In this document: positions 20,041 to 28,592 of the stretch, in pieces
How the letters are laid out: each line of letters opens with the position of its first letter
Numbering within the stretch: position 1 is the stretch's first letter
DNA from: a virus
Taxonomy: Duplodnaviria > Caudoviricetes
IMG/VR virus record: IMGVR_UViG_3300034410_000474
Coordinates: 17,575 to 81,574 of that record
DNA: 64,000 nucleotides
Direction: 5' to 3' (one strand)
Notes under the pieces: generated by a model
The model's database searches: none
What the model was told of the DNA's origin: nothing
The model's input: only the letters and a program-made list of their open reading frames with translations
Position numbers and translations under genes: made by a program

Positions 20041-20791
20041 ATGCGAGATAATCGCTAAGTTTGTGGACTTTATTGAGGAAGTCATTATAAGCGCTCGTGA
20101 CTTTATAATGATTGTAGAAGAAATACTTATGGATTCTTTCCCACAATGATTTTTCTACCATAGGATAACCAAACGAGAATACAATACACTCGTAATGTTT
20201 ATAGTTGCGCCACATCTGAATGTTCCAGAACTTAGTAAGTTCCTCATCAGTATATGGCTTTTCGCGTCTTTCCATTTGCGAAACGTTATCAAAGTTATGA
20301 TCATCGTATACTATATGCAAAGTAATACCACCCTCAGACCACCACGGAACCTCGCTGCAGGGTCTTTCTACTGAGTTAATGGTATTATCATACCAATGAA
20401 TATCACATCTGAGGTCTTTCATATCCCTTATAAACTGACCTTTCTGTGCTTTATTATTGAATACTACGCCAATATATCGATGCTTAGAATCAGCATGACC
20501 TTGGCAGCTGGTAAATGTTAGATACCCTTTTTGTTGAAGAGCAAGGACTGCATCTTTAACTCCTGGCTCGAGATTCTTTTCCATAATATCAGAATACTGA
20601 CTTACGAATGTAGATACATATTTACCAAACTCGTCTTTAAACACGTACGTACGACCATTATCAAAATGCTCATTACCTTTAACGAACATAGCATAATGGT
20701 GACAATCTTCGGGAGTATTTAAAGCTGGTATAGTTTCTTCTTGAACGTATTGTTGTTCGTACTGAACTCTATACTCATACTGAGTTTTCAT
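20039..20791 (-). CDS. Hypothetical protein with T..SCQGH motif
   Basis: 250-aa ORF, SD GGAG. Confidence 0.65.
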   Translation of the reverse strand: MKTQYEYRVQYEQQYVQEETIPALNTPEDCHHYAMFVKGNEHFDNGRTYVFKDEFGKYVSTFVSQYSDIMEKNLEPGVKDAVLALQQKGYLTFTSCQGHADSKHRYIGVVFNNKAQKGQFIRDMKDLRCDIHWYDNTINSVERPCSEVPWWSEGGITLHIVYDDHNFDNVSQMERREKPYTDEELTKFWNIQMWRNYKHYECIVFSFGYPMVEKSLWERIHKYFFYNHYKVTSAYNDFLNKVHKLSDYLA

Positions 20792-20810
20792 TGTGGTGCT
20801 CCATAACTAT

Positions 20811-20834
20811 AAAAAAGGAGAGCCTTAGCTCTCC
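20811..20834 (-). terminator. Intrinsic terminator
   Basis: GGAGAGC-TAAG-GCTCTCC-TTTTTT on minus strand. Confidence 0.85.
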
Positions 20835-20844
20835 TCTTTATTTA

Positions 20845-20979
20845 TTACAGTCCTAAGATACCAAATAGATTAAACCATCCCATCGAAGTTCCAATAATGA
20901 CTGGTAATCCAATCATTGTAAAAACGATAATAAGAAAAGCTAATCCGACACCTTTATTATGATACGGTTCCTGATCCAT
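20845..20979 (-). CDS. 44-aa membrane protein (below ORF-track cutoff)
   Basis: MDQEPYHNKGVGLAFLIIVFTMIGLPVIIGTSMGWFNLFGILGL*, overlaps end of upstream gene. Confidence 0.6.
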   Translation of the reverse strand: MDQEPYHNKGVGLAFLIIVFTMIGLPVIIGTSMGWFNLFGILGL

Positions 20980-21268
20980 CTGAATCCTTTCCGAGCTGTA
21001 ATGGCTCCATAACTGCTTCAGCAAATTGTAAGAACTCTTCGCTTTTAGCTGCTTCTTGTGCTAAATTAGACGCATGATAGATACGTGCTAACTTATTAAA
21101 GTCTTTCTTTGGCACTAAACAATCTTCGAGAATTTTCTCTGCAATTGCTTTCATATGATCTTTTTCAGCTTCTACTCTTACCATTGAATTCGACATTTCT
21201 TTCAGAGCATTCTGAATTTGTTGCCTATTCTTTTCGGTAATTATAGTTGGTAGTGTTTCATCACTCAT
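20957..21268 (-). CDS. T4 DsbA-like dsDNA-binding protein
   Basis: I..A.KE.SNS..R.EAE.D....I...FNKLARIYH..N pattern; SD GGAG. Confidence 0.7.
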   Translation of the reverse strand: MSDETLPTIITEKNRQQIQNALKEMSNSMVRVEAEKDHMKAIAEKILEDCLVPKKDFNKLARIYHASNLAQEAAKSEEFLQFAEAVMEPLQLGKDSDGSGTVS

Positions 21269-21279
21269 TGTATACTCCT

Positions 21280-21426
21280 TTAAGATACACTTATAACATA
21301 ATTAATTAAAGCCATTGCACCAAACATAAAAGCTAATACAACGAATTGTACTATTGAAGCATATGCTGCTTGCCTTATTGGATGTACATCAGCCAGTTTT
21401 TCTATTACTGATTCTTGTTCTTTCAT
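21280..21426 (-). CDS. 48-aa single-TM protein (below ORF-track cutoff)
   Basis: MKEQESVIEKLADVHPIRQAAYASIVQFVVLAFMFGAMALINYVISVS*. Confidence 0.55.
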   Translation of the reverse strand: MKEQESVIEKLADVHPIRQAAYASIVQFVVLAFMFGAMALINYVISVS

Positions 21427-21495
21427 TGACACAAGTCCTCGTAAATGCCAGAATACTTTCGATGATGACTTTGATCAGCATCGTGTATTTTGATT

Positions 21496-21918
21496 TTATA
21501 GTTTCCCATCTTCTCTAAGTTGGGCCCTGATTTTTGTTGCTGAGATTTCATGAATCTCTTTTCCAAGATCGTGCTCGGTAAAAGTATAGCCGACACCTCG
21601 ACCATAGCTAATATCCACAATGTTAGGAACGCAAATAATAATATACTCGTGACCATTATAATAACCCTCCGCCGCTAGTCCGGCTTCAATTTGTTCGATT
21701 ACTTTTATTTCACCAAAGGGATTATCAGACTGATCAACGGTACGTCCACCGCCTGCATCTTTATCTGTTATCCCGCCTACGTCTCTGACCATAATTGCAA
21801 CTTGTCCAGTGACTTCTAAGGCCCTTTTAAAAAGAGCTGTATGTCCATCGTGCCAAGGTTGCCAACGCCCTAGCATTTGAGCTGTGGGCTTCTGATAGTC
21901 AAAATATTCTTTCATCAT
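21496..21918 (-). CDS. Small HxGH nucleotidyltransferase (cytidylyltransferase-like), APS-kinase-associated
   Basis: LGRWQPWHDGH, VPNIVDISYGRGVGY, ISATKIR. Confidence 0.8.
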   Translation of the reverse strand: MMKEYFDYQKPTAQMLGRWQPWHDGHTALFKRALEVTGQVAIMVRDVGGITDKDAGGGRTVDQSDNPFGEIKVIEQIEAGLAAEGYYNGHEYIIICVPNIVDISYGRGVGYTFTEHDLGKEIHEISATKIRAQLREDGKL

Positions 21919-22142
21919 GATTCATCTTTCCTCCTTAAACCAATTTTGATGTACTTATACCACAATCTTTCGTGACCATAATACAAGACGAATTTAATGA
22001 TAAGATCAGCAACAAATACAAGTCCGATTGCTTTTGGCGGTAAACCAAAGTACCACGCTATTAAAACTGTTGTTACACTAGCTATTATACGCCAAGTTAT
22101 TGCTTTTGTCAAATGACGAATTGGTCTTACTGATTCAGTCAT
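21915..22142 (-). CDS. DUF2061-type small membrane protein
   Basis: RHL.KAITWRI...K.VLYY.HER.W signature. Confidence 0.8.
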   Translation of the reverse strand: MTESVRPIRHLTKAITWRIIASVTTVLIAWYFGLPPKAIGLVFVADLIIKFVLYYGHERLWYKYIKIGLRRKDES

Positions 22143-22582
22143 TTTTGATCTCGTTTTTCGCTGTGCTTTCTTTGCATGAATACTGATATAACCTGCATCA
22201 AAGTTTGATGAGTATCATCGAACCATTCTGAAACTTTGTAATCACATTGAGTAGGAGGTACGAACATTTTATTTGTATCTTCGTAACGTCCCTCTTCAAT
22301 AGTATCCATCCACACAGTAAAATCTGGATTGAAAGCTAATCTCGCTTCCTCGGTTGGACAAACAAAATCTGTAACTGCAATTGCTCCGGCTTTAACTGCA
22401 CCGTCGCTTAAATGTCTCATACGATTTGCTTGTCTCATACGACCTTCAGGAGTAAAATCCCAGTCGTTATATTCTTCGCGAACTTCGTCTGCATTAATGT
22501 GAACTGCACCTAGCAATTCAGCAAGAGGTTTTGCCAGTGTCGTCTTACCTGAACCTGGCAATCCAAATATCAAGATTTTCAT
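22139..22582 (-). CDS. cysC: Adenylyl-sulfate (APS) kinase-like protein
   Basis: GLPGSGKTTLA P-loop, NADEVR, DWDFTPEGRMRQA.RM, DFVCP; short form. Confidence 0.8.
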   Translation of the reverse strand: MKILIFGLPGSGKTTLAKPLAELLGAVHINADEVREEYNDWDFTPEGRMRQANRMRHLSDGAVKAGAIAVTDFVCPTEEARLAFNPDFTVWMDTIEEGRYEDTNKMFVPPTQCDYKVSEWFDDTHQTLMQVISVFMQRKHSEKRDQK

Positions 22583-22602
22583 TTCTTCTCCTTTAGAACA
22601 TG

Positions 22603-22633
22603 AAAATGAGGAGCAGGGCGAACCATACTCCTC
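22603..22633 (-). terminator. Probable terminator with UUCG loop
   Basis: GAGGAGTATGG-TTCG-CCCTGCTCCTC-ATTTT. Confidence 0.7.
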
Positions 22634-22643
22634 GATTGTTTCA

Positions 22644-23603
22644 CTAGGCTGCTTCTGCCATTTCCAAAGCGATGTCTAATGCATCTACTTTTTTCTTGGC
22701 GTTTCCACCAAACCATGCGGCATGCATTCTAGCATCTGCTGTACGGCATAGCTCGTGGTCAGTCATATAAGTTACTGCGTTATATGCATTCCACCAAGAG
22801 CCAGGACGGAAGTGATCACCAGGTTGGTTCTCAACAAACTGCATCGCCTGTTCTGCTGTACGTGATAGAGTCTTATCTTCTCTTGAAGATGTGCCAAACA
22901 CTTTAGCCATAAAGCGTTCCAGTGCTGCTTGGTCTTTGTATTGCTTAGAACCAAGAAACTCTGCAGCTTCTTTGAATTTCTCAACTTTGTTGTGAGATAA
23001 GCCAAGTGCTTGCTTAACGACTTCAGCGTCAAACTTTGAACGGTGGTTGATACGAATAGATGGTTGGTTCTTTTCGTTAAGAGCCACTGCCAAAGTGTTA
23101 TTGCAAACAACACGTTCCATTACGAACTTAACATCGATTGCTTTACCATATTGGTGCGGATTAGAAAAGAGCATGTAACCACGAACTTCATCACCATTGA
23201 ATAGAGAGAAGCCGTCTTTTACGTCAGCCAACGCCCATACAATTTGTCCGTCTTTAAGAGAACCAGCTGTATCCATTACCATATCGCCAGCTTTTACGAA
23301 ATCTGTAAAGAAGTCGAAAGCTTCGGAGTTTTGTACTGGATTCCAACCTGGACCAACTTGTGTAAGGACTTTGCTGTCACTAGAGCGGACTAGAGCTTGC
23401 TGGCCGCTTAGGTGGTTATCACCTTTGTGCCTGAAGATAGTGTCGATTTTCTCGACTTCCCAGTCTAGACCTGCAGCAATTTGCATTTCACGTGGAGTCA
23501 TATCGTCTGATACTGGAGTACCAAGACCGTGCCAAGGGAGACCCTTGCTTTCGCGATAAGCCATTTGAGCTTCGCCGTTAATCATTTCTAATTCATGTGC
23601 CAT
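22644..23603 (-). CDS. DUF932-family (phage/plasmid TIGR03299-like) protein
   Basis: PWHGLG, AGLDWEV, VQNSEAFDFF, TAGSL..G..VW.LA, RVVCNNTL, W.AYNAVT. Confidence 0.85.
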   Translation of the reverse strand: MAHELEMINGEAQMAYRESKGLPWHGLGTPVSDDMTPREMQIAAGLDWEVEKIDTIFRHKGDNHLSGQQALVRSSDSKVLTQVGPGWNPVQNSEAFDFFTDFVKAGDMVMDTAGSLKDGQIVWALADVKDGFSLFNGDEVRGYMLFSNPHQYGKAIDVKFVMERVVCNNTLAVALNEKNQPSIRINHRSKFDAEVVKQALGLSHNKVEKFKEAAEFLGSKQYKDQAALERFMAKVFGTSSREDKTLSRTAEQAMQFVENQPGDHFRPGSWWNAYNAVTYMTDHELCRTADARMHAAWFGGNAKKKVDALDIALEMAEAA

Positions 23604-23639
23604 AATATAGTTTCCTCAGTTTTTTCAATTTGTACGAAC

Positions 23640-23668
23640 ATTATATATCTTTTAAGATTAAATGTCAA
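23640..23668 (-). promoter_or_regulatory. Early sigma70-type promoter
   Basis: TTGACA-N17-TATAAT. Confidence 0.88.
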
Positions 23669-23686
23669 CTGTTTTTTGCAATTAAT

Positions 23687-23896
23687 TTAAAAAGAAATTG
23701 CTGGTTGAGATAACGGATCTTGAGCATCGAGGATGTCCATTAGATCTACTTTCAATTGAGCAATAAGCACTTTAGTTTCTTGTGGTATTGCGTTTGGTTT
23801 AATGCTTTCGATTGTAGCGAAAGCGTTTTGTGCAGCTGATAGAGCCTGCATTTTTTCAGAAATTTTAGCGATTTGCATTTTGTAATCCTTTATCAA
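23687..23896 (-). CDS. Hypothetical early protein
   Basis: Follows promoter at 23908; SD AAGGA. Confidence 0.55.
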   Translation of the reverse strand: MIKDYKMQIAKISEKMQALSAAQNAFATIESIKPNAIPQETKVLIAQLKVDLMDILDAQDPLSQPAISF

Positions 23897-23907
23897 TTTA
23901 CTAGATA

Positions 23908-23936
23908 ATTATATATCGTTTTAAAACGATTGTCAA
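23908..23936 (-). promoter_or_regulatory. Early sigma70-type promoter
   Basis: TTGACA-N17-TATAAT. Confidence 0.88.
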
Positions 23937-23944
23937 CAACTTTT

Positions 23945-24307
23945 TTAAGAAATTGTTAATTTATCAAAACTTTTTTCACCTGAAAGATTGCATACATTCC
24001 ACTCGATGCCGTCCCACAAGTACAAGAAATCAGCCCAACATTCGGTACCAGCATCGATAAAATCTCGATATGAGTCGAATGTTTCTGCAGGATCTGAATT
24101 TACTGCTGAGCTTTTAGACTCTGCGTAATCGTTACTTAAAGAAGAAAGATAACCACCCTTTGCAACTAGATCTGCAGAGTCGCTATCATTGTAGCTTTCG
24201 AGTAGAGTTTTGCCAACACCAGAGATATAGCCATCATAGTGGCAGTAACTTGCTGTGACGTTTCTTGTTTCTTTATCGAAGCTTCCAATCAGTGAACGTG
24301 TACCCAT
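23945..24307 (-). CDS. Conserved hypothetical early protein
   Basis: MGTRSLIG..YCHYDGY..GVG..L; own promoter and SD. Confidence 0.7.
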   Translation of the reverse strand: MGTRSLIGSFDKETRNVTASYCHYDGYISGVGKTLLESYNDSDSADLVAKGGYLSSLSNDYAESKSSAVNSDPAETFDSYRDFIDAGTECWADFLYLWDGIEWNVCNLSGEKSFDKLTIS

Positions 24308-24338
24308 AATTTGATTCCTTTATTTAATTTATGAGACT

Positions 24339-24367
24339 ATTATATATCTTCTAAGAACAAATGTCAA
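24339..24367 (-). promoter_or_regulatory. Early sigma70-type promoter
   Basis: TTGACA-N17-TATAAT. Confidence 0.88.
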
Positions 24368-24812
24368 CTGTTTTTTTGATTTTATTTGATAAAAATTCAA
24401 ATTTATTTTCGACATCGATATCAGGAATAGGGTCGAAACCCCAGTGAAGAAGAGCTTGTCGTTGTTTACGACGCTTAGAAAGATCGCCATTACCGTTCTT
24501 TTTTACTTGAGCTCCGTGCCTTGCACCAAACGATTTCCAACGTTTAATCTGATGAGCATCTAGAGCCTCTATTCGACGTCCTTGGTAATACCTTAGATAC
24601 CATTGAAACCAACCCATCGGATCTTCAGGGGTGATCCAGCCCTTCTCTTGCCACATCTCGAGTGGTTGAGAAGCACCTTCCATAAACAAATTTTCTTTGG
24701 TAATTGTGGGTCTCACAAGGAAATCTGGATTAGTATCTTTGTAGTATGAACCATCAAAGATACCAAGTTCCAGCATTTCATAGGGAGTAAAAGTAGGGTT
24801 AAACTCGTTCAT
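24351..24812 (-). CDS. Conserved hypothetical protein
   Basis: TPYEMLELGIFDG, DPMGWFQWY.RYY.GRR, RQALLHW. Confidence 0.7.
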   Translation of the reverse strand: MNEFNPTFTPYEMLELGIFDGSYYKDTNPDFLVRPTITKENLFMEGASQPLEMWQEKGWITPEDPMGWFQWYLRYYQGRRIEALDAHQIKRWKSFGARHGAQVKKNGNGDLSKRRKQRQALLHWGFDPIPDIDVENKFEFLSNKIKKTVDICS

Positions 24813-24915
24813 AAGTTGTCCATACTACGTTGATGTAATGAGCGTCGAGATGTTCGCGATATTCCATTGCGTCAAATATGCAAGTAAATATCGCACCATT
24901 AATATCGTAAATCAT
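24799..24915 (-). CDS. 38-aa hypothetical protein (below cutoff)
   Basis: MIYDINGAIFTCIFDAMEYREHLDAHYINVVWTTYERV*, start coupled to upstream stop. Confidence 0.45.
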   Translation of the reverse strand: MIYDINGAIFTCIFDAMEYREHLDAHYINVVWTTYERV

Positions 24916-25217
24916 TACGAACGAAGCTCATAGCCAAGAGTTAACTCAATGAATTGAGTGCCAAGATCTTTAGCAAATGCAACTACAAGCTCTTCTCTAG
25001 GAGAAGTATCCATGTAATCAACGTGTTGAGAAAGAGCTTCAGCATCTGACTGTCTGAATAAAGCAACTGCTTTTTTGAAATCGTCACGATCTTCTCTGTA
25101 CATCTCAGCAAAATCGTCGTGACCTTGATCAGCGTACTGATCGTATTTGTTGATAAGTTGTTCAACGTTAGAAAGATTTGATTCGATCCAGAAAGCTACA
25201 GTGTTCATTTTTATCAT
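24915..25217 (-). CDS. Hypothetical early protein
   Basis: Own promoter and SD AAGGA. Confidence 0.65.
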   Translation of the reverse strand: MIKMNTVAFWIESNLSNVEQLINKYDQYADQGHDDFAEMYREDRDDFKKAVALFRQSDAEALSQHVDYMDTSPREELVVAFAKDLGTQFIELTLGYELRS

Positions 25218-25238
25218 CCTTTATCAATTTATATATAC

Positions 25239-25267
25239 ATTATAAATCATCTTAAAAGAAATGTCAA
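25239..25267 (-). promoter_or_regulatory. Early sigma70-type promoter
   Basis: TTGACA-N17-TATAAT. Confidence 0.88.
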
Positions 25268-25307
25268 CGATTAATTTCACTTTTTTTCAATTTATTTTGA
25301 ATTATTT

Positions 25308-25673
25308 TTAGTGATCTACTTGCGATTGCATTGGTAGAGCATCGATCATATCCCAAGCATATTTGCCATAGCCAGATTTTACGATGTTTACTACGTCAGC
25401 ATAAGGACCTTTTGTGTCGTCACTAATTTCAGCTACGAAACAATTTGCGCATCTTCGTTTGAGATAGATACGAGCATATTCTTCAGCGTCTTCTCTATCG
25501 AAAAAGCCAACAGCTTTGGTAATATCTAAAACATTATTTGTTGAGAATAGAGCAACTAACCGTGGATCTGATGGAGATCTATCCATAAAAGACATATCGT
25601 CGTTCTTTGCAGTACCGAGGAATATGCCTTCTTCTGGATCGATGATGATATATTTTTTAACCATCTCATTCAT
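25308..25673 (-). CDS. Hypothetical protein
   Basis: ORF in coupled early operon. Confidence 0.6.
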   Translation of the reverse strand: MNEMVKKYIIIDPEEGIFLGTAKNDDMSFMDRSPSDPRLVALFSTNNVLDITKAVGFFDREDAEEYARIYLKRRCANCFVAEISDDTKGPYADVVNIVKSGYGKYAWDMIDALPMQSQVDH

Positions 25674-25860
25674 AATATTTGATAAGCTCTATTTCGCCAT
25701 TCTCATCTCGGCTTGTTTTAATGTAACCGTCTGCAATAAGGCGATCGATGGTCGATTCTATGATAAGAGTTGTATTATCACGTTCGTTATTTCTTTGCAT
25801 CCACATTCCAACCAGTGTAAAAATAACTGCTGTAATTAATATCCATACTTCTGTGATCAT
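25666..25860 (-). CDS. Small N-terminal-TM protein
   Basis: MITEVWILITAVIFTLVGMW; ATGA overlap with upstream gene. Confidence 0.6.
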   Translation of the reverse strand: MITEVWILITAVIFTLVGMWMQRNNERDNTTLIIESTIDRLIADGYIKTSRDENGEIELIKYYE

Positions 25861-26429
25861 GCTATTATTTCTCCTTGATAGCCTTGCCACCACGATGGAG
25901 CTGATCTTCCTTTAACCCATTTAGCAAAAGGTTTAGCTTCGTGATAATAGTTTCGATATGCTTCGACAGCGTCGCCTTTAACAACACATTGAGGATATTG
26001 AGACATTGCTTGAGCGAACTCAGTTAGTCCAATATCAGGTATGTTGTTCGGCGCCTCGGATAGAAGCTCGTTTAGTTTTATATATGTCAGATGTTCTTTC
26101 TTAAAACGAAATCTGAATTCATCACAAAGAGCAAGAAAATGCTTAAAGTGCCAATCATAGTTACCTTTAGACTCCATTGTCCACTTAGTACAAGGATGTC
26201 CAGCATGAACTGATTTGTACATAACAGCTTCTCGATTAGAGTCTGGTAACAAGTAATGTTTCACCATTGTCTTGCCAGACTTTGAAGGTGCTTTGTACAC
26301 TTCGCCATCAAGCATACGATGAGCAGTGGAGAGCATTTGAGCTGACTCCACGATCATTTTTGGAATGTGTTTGTCACACATCATTTTTGCCGATTCAACA
26401 GGGCATTCTGATAATACGAATACGTTCAT
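25857..26429 (-). CDS. Pyrimidine-dimer DNA glycosylase (DenV/Pyr_excise)-like protein
   Basis: MNVFVL...P...A...CDKH..KM..ESAQMLSTAH, HPCTKW, AYRNYY. Confidence 0.75.
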   Translation of the reverse strand: MNVFVLSECPVESAKMMCDKHIPKMIVESAQMLSTAHRMLDGEVYKAPSKSGKTMVKHYLLPDSNREAVMYKSVHAGHPCTKWTMESKGNYDWHFKHFLALCDEFRFRFKKEHLTYIKLNELLSEAPNNIPDIGLTEFAQAMSQYPQCVVKGDAVEAYRNYYHEAKPFAKWVKGRSAPSWWQGYQGEIIA

Positions 26430-26656
26430 TACTTAACCCAGATGTGGTTATACTTTGGAGGTAAATCGCTGCACGTATATGCATCACCTTCAGCATAATT
26501 AGTTACGCCAATACATTCATTGGTCGAATAGCTTACTTTAACATCAGGAATAGATAACATGCTATTGACTGAGTTTGCCAAGAAGCAAACACCAATAATG
26601 CAAAGAGTACCAATAATAAGAGTTGATTTTGAAATTTTCATAGCGTTTACCTTCAT
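26429..26656 (-). CDS. Small exported/membrane-anchored protein
   Basis: N-terminal hydrophobic helix; two Cys. Confidence 0.55.
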   Translation of the reverse strand: MKVNAMKISKSTLIIGTLCIIGVCFLANSVNSMLSIPDVKVSYSTNECIGVTNYAEGDAYTCSDLPPKYNHIWVK

Positions 26657-26659
26657 TTT

Positions 26660-26800
26660 TTATTTATTTGATTGATCTAATTCAGGTTGAGGAGATTCGA
26701 AATCAAGATCAGTCATTGGCTCAGACGAACCATCGTTTGCCATTCCATCGAATTCAGTATCGATAAGTTCTTGAGATACGTCTTCATATTTGATTTGCAT
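26660..26800 (-). CDS. 46-aa acidic protein (below cutoff)
   Basis: MQIKYEDVSQELIDTEFDGMANDGSSEPMTDLDFESPQPELDQSNK*, SD AAGGA. Confidence 0.5.
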   Translation of the reverse strand: MQIKYEDVSQELIDTEFDGMANDGSSEPMTDLDFESPQPELDQSNK

Positions 26801-26814
26801 TGCGCAGATCCTTT

Positions 26815-27033
26815 CTATTGAGCTAAGAATTCGTCAGCAGATTTATCAAACTGCTCACATATTTCGTCAAGTGGTATTGCACCACTTTCAGTTTCAAGAT
26901 TAAGAAACACATCGGCTTCTACAAAATTCCAATTGATACTGCCGTCTGAATTGATGTTCTCGTCAGACTTAACCGCAGCGGCGAATACGTCGTTAAACAT
27001 TGGTAGCCAGAGGCTTTTAGATTGAATTTGCAT
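26815..27033 (-). CDS. Hypothetical early protein (acidic)
   Basis: Own promoter and SD. Confidence 0.65.
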   Translation of the reverse strand: MQIQSKSLWLPMFNDVFAAAVKSDENINSDGSINWNFVEADVFLNLETESGAIPLDEICEQFDKSADEFLAQ

Positions 27034-27062
27034 ATTTGGTTCCTTAATTAATTTATAGGTTT

Positions 27063-27091
27063 ATTATACATCATCTAAAAAGAAATGTCAA
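27063..27091 (-). promoter_or_regulatory. Early sigma70-type promoter
   Basis: TTGACA-TTTCTTTTTAGATGATG-TATAAT. Confidence 0.9.
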
Positions 27092-27099
27092 CGGTTATT

Positions 27100-27330
27100 T
27101 TAAATTACTTTCATATAATCTGAAAAGAATTCAGAATGACCGCTATGCTCGAAGTATATAGTGTCTTCGTAGTTATCAGTATACTTGAAGTGTTTGTACT
27201 GATAAGTCTCAAAATTAAGCTTACAAAATTCGATTGCTTGAGATCTCCAATCAGAGTGGAATTTGACTGGATTGTTCTCTCCACTCATCATCCACTTCTG
27301 TTTGTACTCGAAGATCTCTACCGGAGTCAT
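27100..27330 (-). CDS. Hypothetical protein
   Basis: ATGA-coupled ORF. Confidence 0.6.
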   Translation of the reverse strand: MTPVEIFEYKQKWMMSGENNPVKFHSDWRSQAIEFCKLNFETYQYKHFKYTDNYEDTIYFEHSGHSEFFSDYMKVI

Positions 27331-27641
27331 TCTATTAGACCTTTTCCTTTAGCAACCTTGAGGATCACTTCATCCATTCGTGGTTCAGTGATTTCTTCGA
27401 CTGCATCCCAGTCAATATTGCGGTATTTGAGTTGAGACATAACACCAGGAAAGTGCCTTGCAACTTGACGACTGACTGAATTACAACCAGCGTTGTTGTA
27501 AATATCGTAGTAGGCATTAACCATTTTACGCAAACGTTCAATGTACCTATCGTCTGCTTCGCCCATCATAGGGATCTGGCCAGTCAGTTTATCAGCCAGA
27601 TCTTGATATTTACCTTTGTTGTTCCAATAAGTATTGCTCAT
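27327..27641 (-). CDS. Hypothetical protein
   Basis: YWNNKGKYQ..AD.L...IP..G; YYDIYNN. Confidence 0.65.
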   Translation of the reverse strand: MSNTYWNNKGKYQDLADKLTGQIPMMGEADDRYIERLRKMVNAYYDIYNNAGCNSVSRQVARHFPGVMSQLKYRNIDWDAVEEITEPRMDEVILKVAKGKGLIE

Positions 27642-27943
27642 TATGCAACCCTCCTTTTACGTGGTTTAAAACCAAGTTGTTCCATTGCTCCTACTGGAGA
27701 ATCGTTTTGCTGAAGTTCAATATACTTCTCAACAGTACAATTCTTTACCAAGAAGTTGACCCAAGATTTCCAAGGCTTCGAACCATACTTGAAACGAGCA
27801 ATAAATGTAGGCTGTGGTTTGCCAATCCAAGATGGGTGACAGTCAGGACGAGCCACTTCCATATTTACAGATAACTCGTGGCGTCCACGATACATTAGAT
27901 ACATACCATCCCAAGTGAATTCGTCTTTGATAAATGCAGTCAT
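27641..27943 (-). CDS. Hypothetical early protein
   Basis: Own promoter and SD. Confidence 0.65.
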   Translation of the reverse strand: MTAFIKDEFTWDGMYLMYRGRHELSVNMEVARPDCHPSWIGKPQPTFIARFKYGSKPWKSWVNFLVKNCTVEKYIELQQNDSPVGAMEQLGFKPRKRRVA

Positions 27944-27973
27944 ATTTTGGTTCCTTATTTAATTTATATAGAT

Positions 27974-28002
27974 ATTATACATCATCTAAAAGCAAATGTC
28001 AA
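27974..28002 (-). promoter_or_regulatory. Early sigma70-type promoter
   Basis: TTGACA-TTTGCTTTTAGATGATG-TATAAT. Confidence 0.9.
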
Positions 28003-28015
28003 CTGTTTTTTTCAT

Positions 28016-28195
28016 TTAATTTGATTTATTTTTAAAATAATACAATAATTGTGCACAAAAGACTGCTGCGACGGGAGTTCCGATAAGATATAGCACAATC
28101 AGGAGCATATCAGCATGGCCGTAGTATATTCTCTCATAAGCCATCATACAGACAAGCGCCACATACCAGATAAGAGTAAGTATCTTAATCTTCAT
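28016..28195 (-). CDS. Small two-TM membrane protein
   Basis: MKIKILTLIWYVALVCMMA...LLIVLYLIGTPVAAVF. Confidence 0.55.
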   Translation of the reverse strand: MKIKILTLIWYVALVCMMAYERIYYGHADMLLIVLYLIGTPVAAVFCAQLLYYFKNKSN

Positions 28196-28328
28196 TTTCT
28201 TTCTTCGCTGGTATCTCAATTACCGTGTTTCCACGATTATCTTTAGTATCAGACATAAAGCATTCAACATCTTCTTTACGAGTAGCAATTGCCAATACGT
28301 TGCCAGATTCACTTTTAACTATATACAT
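28185..28328 (-). CDS. 47-aa hypothetical protein (below cutoff)
   Basis: MYIVKSESGNVLAIATRKEDVECFMSDTKDNRGNTVIEIPAKKENED*. Confidence 0.5.
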   Translation of the reverse strand: MYIVKSESGNVLAIATRKEDVECFMSDTKDNRGNTVIEIPAKKENED

Positions 28329-28332
28329 AATG

Positions 28333-28566
28333 TTATGACTCCCAGATTGAGGTTTTGATAAATTCCATGTCAGTGTTGACGCCCAAGACTTGAGATGCTA
28401 ATTCGTCGAGGTAGTCGAACTTTTGAGATTGGAATAAGTAAACAGGATTGCCGCCAGCAGGACCGTTGGCATTAACTAAAGTGGCTGTACAGCCGTGATC
28501 TTTTGCGAATTGAGAAACTTCTGATTGAGTTGGCTCGTGAGATACGTCAAGTTCTATATTATACAT
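28333..28566 (-). CDS. Hypothetical early protein
   Basis: GPAGGNPVY.F motif; own promoter. Confidence 0.65.
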   Translation of the reverse strand: MYNIELDVSHEPTQSEVSQFAKDHGCTATLVNANGPAGGNPVYLFQSQKFDYLDELASQVLGVNTDMEFIKTSIWES

Positions 28567-28592
28567 TTTTATTCCTTTGATTTGATATATAC

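Noticed and set aside
21423-21656. 77-aa ORF overlapping the nucleotidyltransferase
   Set aside because: Mostly overlaps a real gene; at best a 28-aa tail (21423-21509) is coding, and this is unsupported.
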